DNA of 64,000 nucleotides from contig JBLIMK010000007.1 of assembly GCA_047638715.1 (NCBI GenBank), forward strand, positions 4,265 through 68,264. The letters are read 5' to 3'. The notes beneath the pieces are model-generated. The model was not told the DNA's origin. It ran no database searches and was given only the letters and a program-made list of their open reading frames with translations. The position numbers and the translations under genes are program-made. This document shows, piece by piece, positions 58,080-64,000 of this stretch. The stretch's first letter is position 1. The number at the start of each line of letters is the position of its first letter. This DNA is from Verrucomicrobiales bacterium (lineage in GTDB: Bacteria; Actinomycetota; Acidimicrobiia; Acidimicrobiales; SHLQ01).

Positions 58080-58937
58080 TCAGGGGTGAGCTCGCTCAGC
58101 GGCTGCCACGGTGTTTGCGAGCAGCATCGCAACGGTGAGCGGGCCAACGCCACCAAGACGAGGCGTGATCCACGATGCGACCTCTCCAACATCCTCGTTG
58201 ACATCGGGCAGCAGCTTCTTGCCCTCCCAGCTAATCCCGCCACTAACGACAACAGCGCCCGGCTTCACCATGTCCTTGGTGATCGTGCCCGGACGACCAA
58301 CCGCTGCAATAACGATGTCGGCCTGGAGCGTGTACTTCGAAATGTCGGGGACACCGGTGTGCACGACGGTCGTCGCCGCATTTGCGCCGGCCTGTTTCGT
58401 GGTCATCAGCAGCGCCATGGGTCGGCCGAGGGTTGTGCCGCGACCTACGACGACCACGTTCTTTCCCGCGACGTCGACGTCGTAATACTTCAGCATCTCG
58501 ATGATTCCAGCAGGCGTGCATGGCAACGGCCCAGGCTGTTGCAGAACGAGCTTGCCGAGGTTTTCCGGATGGAGCCCATCTGCGTCTTTCGCCGGATCGA
58601 TCATCGCGAGCGCTTCGGCGGCGTCGAATCCATCGGGCAGAGGTAATTGCAGGATGTAGCCGTGGACCGAAGGGTCGTTATTGAATTCGTTGAGCGCATC
58701 TACCAGCGCTTGTTGTCCGCCGTCTGCGGGGATCGCCTTGTGATGCGACGTCAGGCCAACCTGCACGCACGTCTCGTGCTTCTTCTTCACATACGAGGCC
58801 GACGGGCCGTCGTCGCCGACGAGAATCGTGCCCAAGCCGACCTGCACCCCTTTCGCAGCGAGCGCAGCAGCGCGGGTCTGGACATCTTCGAGAACTGACT
58901 CGGCCACGGGGCCACCGGCAAGGAATTGTGCGCTCAT
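58080..58937 (-). CDS. folD: bifunctional 5,10-methylene-THF dehydrogenase / 5,10-methenyl-THF cyclohydrolase
   Basis: 285 aa. SASYVKKKHETCVQVG, PCTPAGIIEML, VVVVGRGTTLGRPMALLM and GGVGPLTVAML. Confidence 0.95.
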   Translation of the reverse strand: MSAQFLAGGPVAESVLEDVQTRAAALAAKGVQVGLGTILVGDDGPSASYVKKKHETCVQVGLTSHHKAIPADGGQQALVDALNEFNNDPSVHGYILQLPLPDGFDAAEALAMIDPAKDADGLHPENLGKLVLQQPGPLPCTPAGIIEMLKYYDVDVAGKNVVVVGRGTTLGRPMALLMTTKQAGANAATTVVHTGVPDISKYTLQADIVIAAVGRPGTITKDMVKPGAVVVSGGISWEGKKLLPDVNEDVGEVASWITPRLGGVGPLTVAMLLANTVAAAERAHP

Positions 58938-58985
58938 AGGACGTGAATCTAGCCGTGCAGGTCGCTGCGACTACTGTCGCATCCC

Positions 58986-59347
58986 ATGTTCCCGTTGAAG
59001 GACGAAAACCCGACGATGCGAACGCCCATCGTTACCTTCGCGTTGATCGCACGGTTTTCGGGAACAACGTCGAAGATCACATCGGTCGCGTGAAGTATCA
59101 CCTCTTCTACATCGCCGCCGGATTCGTGGCGACGGCTGCGCACGTAGCTGGAGATCCGAGCTCGACAATTCCCGTGATCGGAGCGTCCGGCGCTGTTGCC
59201 GGCATGACGGGCGCGTGGATCGTCCTGGCTTTCTGGTTTGCTAGCCAGTTCTTCATTTCTCCGAGCGAGGGATTTCGCGCCCAGCAGCTCGGCGGGCGTG
59301 AGATAGTTCAAGACGGCCACACCCCGACCTGGCACACAGGAACATGA
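58986..59347 (+). pseudogene. rhomboid-family intramembrane serine protease remnant (frameshift plus internal deletions)
   Basis: Frame 0 gives the canonical rhomboid start MFPLKDENPTMRTPIVTFALIA and then stops after 35 codons. The next frame continues with VFGNNVEDHIGRVKYHLFYIAAGFVATAAHV and the catalytic GASGAVAGM motif. The total is only ~360 nt, where at least 600 nt would be usual. Confidence 0.7.
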
Positions 59348-59991
59348 ACCGACAACACATTCTCCTAAAAACCCTCCCCGTCGCTGTTGTGACTGCGTTC
59401 GTCGCAACGCGCCTCGGGCGCGGGCGGGCAGGGACCGAGACATTCCTTTGCGAGGGCTCACGATGCTCGTTTGACTCGGGAGCGACCTGGCTGCTGACCG
59501 GCGTGACGATCATCGGCCCGTTCATTGCGGTCCTCGGGTTCTCCTTCGCCCGTCGGCTCCACTACCGCGATCGGCTCGGGCCTTTCAGCCACCGCGCAAT
59601 ACCCGACGGCGAACAGATCCTCGAGGTCTTGGGCATCGTTGCATCGGGCGCACTCGCTTACTGGGTGTTGCGCAACGGACCGACGATCGAGGCCATCGAC
59701 GACGGCGGCCTCAATCGCGTCGCCGCCGACATCTTGGGCGAGGACGACGTACCGAGCAGTCTCGTACCCAATCGACAGAGCTGGTTTGCAATCGGGGCGA
59801 TCCTCAGCGCACCTTTCGCGTTCAGCCTCGGGTCAATGTTCGGCCGCGAATGGTATGGGCGCAAGCGTCGAAAGACGCAAGAGCAACTCGCTGCGACGGA
59901 GGTGATCGTCAACGACGATCAGCTACTCGAGTTGGACTATGCCGATGAAGTCATCAGCCTCATCGATGAACGCGAGGATGAGGGTGAATGA
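59344..59991 (+). CDS. hypothetical membrane protein
   Basis: 215 aa, about four hydrophobic segments and an acidic C-terminal tail. No family recognised. Confidence 0.45.
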   Translation: MNRQHILLKTLPVAVVTAFVATRLGRGRAGTETFLCEGSRCSFDSGATWLLTGVTIIGPFIAVLGFSFARRLHYRDRLGPFSHRAIPDGEQILEVLGIVASGALAYWVLRNGPTIEAIDDGGLNRVAADILGEDDVPSSLVPNRQSWFAIGAILSAPFAFSLGSMFGREWYGRKRRKTQEQLAATEVIVNDDQLLELDYADEVISLIDEREDEGE

Positions 59992-60649
59992 AGATCGGTC
60001 ATCGTTAGGACGAACTCGGTATGGTGACCTGGTGGAAGAATCAAACGACAACGCTGAGTCGACTCCAACTCATGCAACGCAGGAGGTGGGACGAGCCGTC
60101 GGCGCACGCGTTCGGGAGCTTCGGACCGACCTGGGCATGACGATGGCGATCTTCGCCGAAGCGGCCGACATCTCCCTCGGCATGTTGTCAAAGATCGAAC
60201 ATGCCCAGACTGCGCCAAGCTTGAACACCCTCGTCGGGCTCGCAAACGCTGCGGGCGTACCCGTGACCGCGCTCTTCCGTGGGCTCGATGAAGAACACGA
60301 CATCGTGATCACCCGCTCGGGCGAGGGTCAAGAGATCATCCACGAAGGCAGTAGCCCAACCCGGTTGTACTCCGGTCTTGGCTCACTTCGTGGGCCGCAT
60401 CGCATCATCGAACCCATGCTCACCGTGCTCACTGATGACAGCGAAGAATTTCCCTTGTTCCAACACGAAGGTGTCGAGTTCATCCACATCCTCGAGGGTT
60501 CGATGGAATATGGCTATGGCTCAAAGAGTTACAAGCTCTTCGTCGGCGACACCATGCAAATTCACGGCGAGGTCACCCATGGCCCGGTGGCGATTCTCGA
60601 GACATCGGTCCGATTCTTGAGTATCAAGGTCTACCCCGCCGCCGACTAG
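59978..60649 (+). CDS. XRE-family transcriptional regulator with C-terminal cupin domain
   Basis: HTH_3 region VGARVRELRTDLGMTMAIFAEAADISLGMLSKIEHAQTAPSLNTLVGLANAAGV, then a cupin fold (HEGVEFIHILEGSMEY...GDTMQIHGEVTHG). Start uncertain (ORF opens at 59939). Confidence 0.8.
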   Translation: MRVNEDRSSLGRTRYGDLVEESNDNAESTPTHATQEVGRAVGARVRELRTDLGMTMAIFAEAADISLGMLSKIEHAQTAPSLNTLVGLANAAGVPVTALFRGLDEEHDIVITRSGEGQEIIHEGSSPTRLYSGLGSLRGPHRIIEPMLTVLTDDSEEFPLFQHEGVEFIHILEGSMEYGYGSKSYKLFVGDTMQIHGEVTHGPVAILETSVRFLSIKVYPAAD

Positions 60650-60701
60650 TCGATCTCGAGAAACTAAATCGGAGACATTTTCACTGGAGCGGTAGGTACA
60701 T

Positions 60702-60711
60702 CTACTAGTAG
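60702..60711. promoter_or_regulatory. 10-bp perfect palindrome in the AT-richer region upstream of tdm (candidate operator)
   Basis: CTACTAGTAG lies about 36 bp upstream of the proposed tdm start. The surrounding 60650..60746 is visibly less GC-rich than the coding flanks. Confidence 0.3.
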
Positions 60712-60746
60712 TATCTCCTCTTGTTGCTAGACATCGTGAGGCCATA

Positions 60747-63122
60747 TTGAGTATCACCGTGCCCCCGGGTATTACCGTGCCGCGAGTGCGGCTCGCACAG
60801 TTCGCTCCCACCGAGCCTGGTCTCGAGCGATATCGCATCAACGGTGGAGCTGCCACCGTGATCTCACTCACCGCCGGCGACACGCTCGAGCTTCGCAACC
60901 TCGAGGGACGTCAACGAGCCGAGGTTCTCGCTTTCGATCCGGACGGACGTTCGAGCCCTGCACTCCTCGGCGCGTCCAATGATGGCCCGGCCATTGGCGC
61001 CGCATCGATTCTGACGCGCAACGTCATCGACGCCCGTCGAGTTCGCGCAGGGCTCCAAGCGGTCGGCATCGACCTCACGACCGCGAACAAGACCGACGCG
61101 TTCAACCCCGACTCCCCCGCAGGCGACGCGGTCACCTATAACGCCGAGTCCAACTGCACAGTCGCCATCGCCGCACCCGGCGAACCAATGAACCCTCACA
61201 GCTCGGACCCGACCACCGCACTCATCGCATTCGTCCGTCGAGCCAGCACACCGGAGGTGGGTGAGATCCATTTGCCCGTACCACTCGGCGACCTCGAACA
61301 AGACCTTTTCGTCGAACGGCGAACAGCGTTGGCCTTTGAAGTGAAAGCCGGGCAGTACATCCAGGTCATCGATATCGAAGGACGAGAGTGTTCGGACTTT
61401 CAAGCGTTCGACGCCCACGCGCTCGACGGATCGATCGAGCAATGTCTCGACGCGACCACGACTCGGAGCTTGATGGGAGCAGCGTTCCCCGGGCCCGGCC
61501 TCTATTCGAAGTTCTATGACTCCACGATGGCACCGCTCCTCGAGGTCGTCCAAGACACGGTTGGCCGCCACGACACGTTCAACCTCGCATGTACCTCAAA
61601 GTACTACGACGACATGGGTTACCCCGGCCACGTGAACTGCACCGACAACATCAACCGAGCAATGGACCCTTACGGCGTCGCTGCTCGCACCGGCTGGGAA
61701 GCGATCAACTTCTTCTACAACACCAACGTCGACGACGCGAATCAGATCTACCTCGACGAACCGTGGTCTCGCCCCGGCGACTACGTGATGATGAAAGCAC
61801 TCACCGACCTGGTGTGCGTCTCAACGGCATGTCCATGTGATGTCGATGCAGCCAATGGCTGGTCACCAACCGACATTGCAGTACGCGTCTATCCAGAAAC
61901 TCAACCCGTCACGAAAGCGATCGCCTTCAGAATGTCTGCCGATGCCGACCCCGAACTCACCCGCGAAACCGGGTTCCACCCACGTACCTCGGAGCTCACT
62001 CGCAACTACAGCGAGTACGAAGGCTTCTGGCTCGCCGATCACTACGGCAGCTCTGGCCATGGCGCAATCAAGGAGTATTGGGCTTGTCGAGAAAAGGCCG
62101 CAGCGATCGACCTCTCGCCCTTGCGCAAGTACGAGGTAACTGGACCTGACGCTGAGGAGCTTCTGCAAACGTGCCTGACCCGCAACGTTCGCAAGCTCGC
62201 CGACGGACAGGTGAGCTACAGCGCCATGTGTTACGACACCGGCGGCATGATCGACGACGGCACAATCTTCCGCCTCGGCCGAGAGAACTTCCGATGGATC
62301 GGCGGCAGCGATGCGAGTGGCCTCTGGCTCCGCCAGCAGGCCGAGGAGCGCGGATTGCGCGCGTGGGTGCGCAACAGCACGAACGAGCTCAGCAACCTGC
62401 AGGTCCAAGGCCCGCTAAGTCGCGACATCATGCGAGAGGTCATCTGGACCCCGCCCGGTCAGCCCACTATCGACGAGCTCGGCTGGTTCCGCCTAACGAT
62501 TGCTCGCATCGGCGGTGAACTCGGGATCCCGGTCGTCGTTTCACGCACTGGTTACACGGGGGAGCTTGGCTTCGAAGTCTTCTGCCACCCCACTCGCGGA
62601 GCCGAGGTATGGGATGCAATCTTCGACGTGGGCGGACCGCTAGGCCTGGTGCCGATGGGTCTCGAAGCGCTCGACATGTTGCGCATCGAGGCTGGCCTGA
62701 TCTTCGCTGGTTATGAATTCTCTGATCAGACCGATCCATTCGAAGCGGGCATCGGGTTCACCGTGCCACTCAAGTCGAAGGACGACGACTTCATTGGACG
62801 CGACGCGCTCCTTCGCCGTAAGGAAAGCCCCACCCGCAAACTCGTTGGACTCGAGCTTGTCGGCGGCGAGACCGGTGCGAATGACGACGGCGTTTTCATC
62901 GGGCGTCAACAGGTCGGCGAAATAACGAGCGGCACGATCTCGCCGCTCTTGAAGAAGAATATTGCGCTGTGCCGCATGGCTATCGAACACTCCGAGATCG
63001 GCACGACGGTCGAGGTGGGCAAACTCGACGGACATCAGAAGCGAATCCCGGCGACGGTGGTTCGATTCCCGTTCTACGATCCGGACAAGACCAAAGTTCG
63101 AGACGTACAGCCAGACAACTAA
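60747..63122 (+). CDS. tdm: trimethylamine-N-oxide demethylase-like protein (N-terminal DUF1989 domain fused to C-terminal GcvT/THF-binding domain)
   Basis: 791 aa, TTG start 6 nt after GAGG. The N-terminal half has DUF1989-type blocks (ALAFEVKAGQYIQVIDIEGRECSDFQAF, ACTSKYYDDMGYPGHVNCTDN, VSTACPCD). The C-terminal half has GcvT blocks (VTGPDAEELL, VSRTGYTGELGFEVF, LRIEAGL). This is the domain fusion described for Tdm. Confidence 0.75.
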   Translation: MSITVPPGITVPRVRLAQFAPTEPGLERYRINGGAATVISLTAGDTLELRNLEGRQRAEVLAFDPDGRSSPALLGASNDGPAIGAASILTRNVIDARRVRAGLQAVGIDLTTANKTDAFNPDSPAGDAVTYNAESNCTVAIAAPGEPMNPHSSDPTTALIAFVRRASTPEVGEIHLPVPLGDLEQDLFVERRTALAFEVKAGQYIQVIDIEGRECSDFQAFDAHALDGSIEQCLDATTTRSLMGAAFPGPGLYSKFYDSTMAPLLEVVQDTVGRHDTFNLACTSKYYDDMGYPGHVNCTDNINRAMDPYGVAARTGWEAINFFYNTNVDDANQIYLDEPWSRPGDYVMMKALTDLVCVSTACPCDVDAANGWSPTDIAVRVYPETQPVTKAIAFRMSADADPELTRETGFHPRTSELTRNYSEYEGFWLADHYGSSGHGAIKEYWACREKAAAIDLSPLRKYEVTGPDAEELLQTCLTRNVRKLADGQVSYSAMCYDTGGMIDDGTIFRLGRENFRWIGGSDASGLWLRQQAEERGLRAWVRNSTNELSNLQVQGPLSRDIMREVIWTPPGQPTIDELGWFRLTIARIGGELGIPVVVSRTGYTGELGFEVFCHPTRGAEVWDAIFDVGGPLGLVPMGLEALDMLRIEAGLIFAGYEFSDQTDPFEAGIGFTVPLKSKDDDFIGRDALLRRKESPTRKLVGLELVGGETGANDDGVFIGRQQVGEITSGTISPLLKKNIALCRMAIEHSEIGTTVEVGKLDGHQKRIPATVVRFPFYDPDKTKVRDVQPDN

Positions 63123-63161
63123 GTCCGCTATTGGGGACGACATAATCAGGGGGATGAGTAC

Positions 63162-64000
63162 ATGACACGAGTCGCGATCATCGGTGCAGGCCCGAGCGGG
63201 CTTGCGCAGCTACGCGCATTCGACAGTGCCGCGCAAAAGGGCGCCGACGTACCCGAGGTGGTCTGTTACGAGAAGCAGAGCGACTGGGGTGGCCTCTGGA
63301 ATTACTCGTGGCGAACCGGTCTCGACCAAAACGGTGAAGCGGTTCACGGAAGCATGTACCGCTACCTGTGGTCGAATGGTCCCAAGGAATGTCTCGAATT
63401 TGCCGATTACAGCTTCGAAGAACATTTCGACAAGCCGATTGGGTCGTTCCCGCCCCGCGCAGTCCTGTGGGACTACATCAAAGGCCGCGTCGAGAAGACG
63501 AACGTCCGAGACCACATCCAGTTCAACACGTCGGTCCACAACGTTTCGTTCAACGCTGATGAGAACAACTTCACGGTCACAATCCACGACCACGAAACCG
63601 ACGATACCTCGTCATCGGAATTCGACCATGTCGTCGTGGCTAGCGGACATTTCTCCACGCCCAACATGCCTCACTACCCTGGATTCGAGAAGTTCCCAGG
63701 GCGGATTCTGCACGCACACGACTTCCGAGACGCGGTCGAGTTCAAGGGCAAAGACGTACTGATTATGGGCGCGAGCTACTCCGCCGAGGACATTGGGTCG
63801 CAGTGTTGGAAATACGGCGCCAAGTCGATCACGTGTACAGCGCGCAGCGGTCCAATGGGTTTCGACTGGCCCAACAACTGGGACGAAAGGCCGATCCTCG
63901 ATCGTGTCGAAGGCAGCACGGTGCACTTCACGGACGGAACGTCCAAGGACTTCGATGCAATCATCTGCTGCACGGGATACAAACACCATTTCCCGTTCAT
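63162..64000 (+). CDS. tmm: flavin-containing monooxygenase, trimethylamine monooxygenase-like; 3'-partial (runs off window)
   Basis: Own translation: [85 protein letters not shown]... It has the FAD motif GAGPSG, the FMO motif [11 protein letters not shown] (FxGxxxHxxxF) and the NADPH motif GASYSAED. An AGGGGGA Shine-Dalgarno lies upstream. Not in the ORF track because the ORF is open-ended. Confidence 0.85.
   Translation, partial: MTRVAIIGAGPSGLAQLRAFDSAAQKGADVPEVVCYEKQSDWGGLWNYSWRTGLDQNGEAVHGSMYRYLWSNGPKECLEFADYSFEEHFDKPIGSFPPRAVLWDYIKGRVEKTNVRDHIQFNTSVHNVSFNADENNFTVTIHDHETDDTSSSEFDHVVVASGHFSTPNMPHYPGFEKFPGRILHAHDFRDAVEFKGKDVLIMGASYSAEDIGSQCWKYGAKSITCTARSGPMGFDWPNNWDERPILDRVEGSTVHFTDGTSKDFDAIICCTGYKHHFPF

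Noticed and set aside
63059-63069. tRNA T-arm-like string GGTTCGATTCC.
   Set aside because: It lies inside the tdm coding frame (VVRFPFYD) with no acceptor or anticodon arms around it.
1-64000. Search for mobile elements, prophage, toxin-antitoxin, restriction-modification or other defence or novel multi-gene systems.
   Set aside because: I recognised no transposase, integrase, recombinase, phage structural, nuclease/helicase defence-type or toxin-antitoxin-like gene. The gene content is housekeeping and metabolic, so I do not claim an accessory island or a new system beyond the items listed under findings.

Overview
GC-rich bacterial chromosomal window with strong GC3 bias (exact GC not computed). 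Gene content and protein style fit Actinobacteria, probably a marine Acidimicrobiia-like lineage (inference only). It is densely packed with about 58 protein-coding genes, mostly housekeeping and metabolic: trpS, mdh, folD, the sdhCAB operon, ilvA, two two-component systems, transporters, glycosyltransferases and hydrolases. I saw no rRNA, tRNA, CRISPR array, transposase, integrase, phage module or recognisable defence system, so this looks like core genome rather than an accessory island. Points worth a second look: (1) A peroxiredoxin-like gene (41143..41619) is split by one in-frame TGA exactly at the first Cys of a W-C-P-Y-C redox motif. A SECIS-like hairpin follows immediately, making it a candidate selenoprotein that the ORF track shows only as fragments. 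(2) A tdm-tmm methylated-amine module (TMAO demethylase plus trimethylamine monooxygenase, the latter running off the 3' edge) has an XRE-cupin regulator and lies close to folD. A separate DmdA-like aminomethyltransferase sits at 17317..18429. (3) Two repeat families are present: five 15-bp GC-rich palindromes bracketing mdh, and a tandem pair of ~72-bp dyad-symmetric units between two convergent signalling genes. (4) Several decayed genes: a rhomboid protease remnant, a LuxR-type response regulator with a broken HTH, an adenylate cyclase N-terminal fragment, and possibly an SGNH hydrolase. (5) Candidate operators: a perfect 17-bp palindrome upstream of an MFS/TetR pair, and two CRP/GlxR-like GTGA-N6-TCAC sites in a 415-bp intergenic region. 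All functional calls come from motif recognition by eye and need database confirmation. Many start codons are uncertain.
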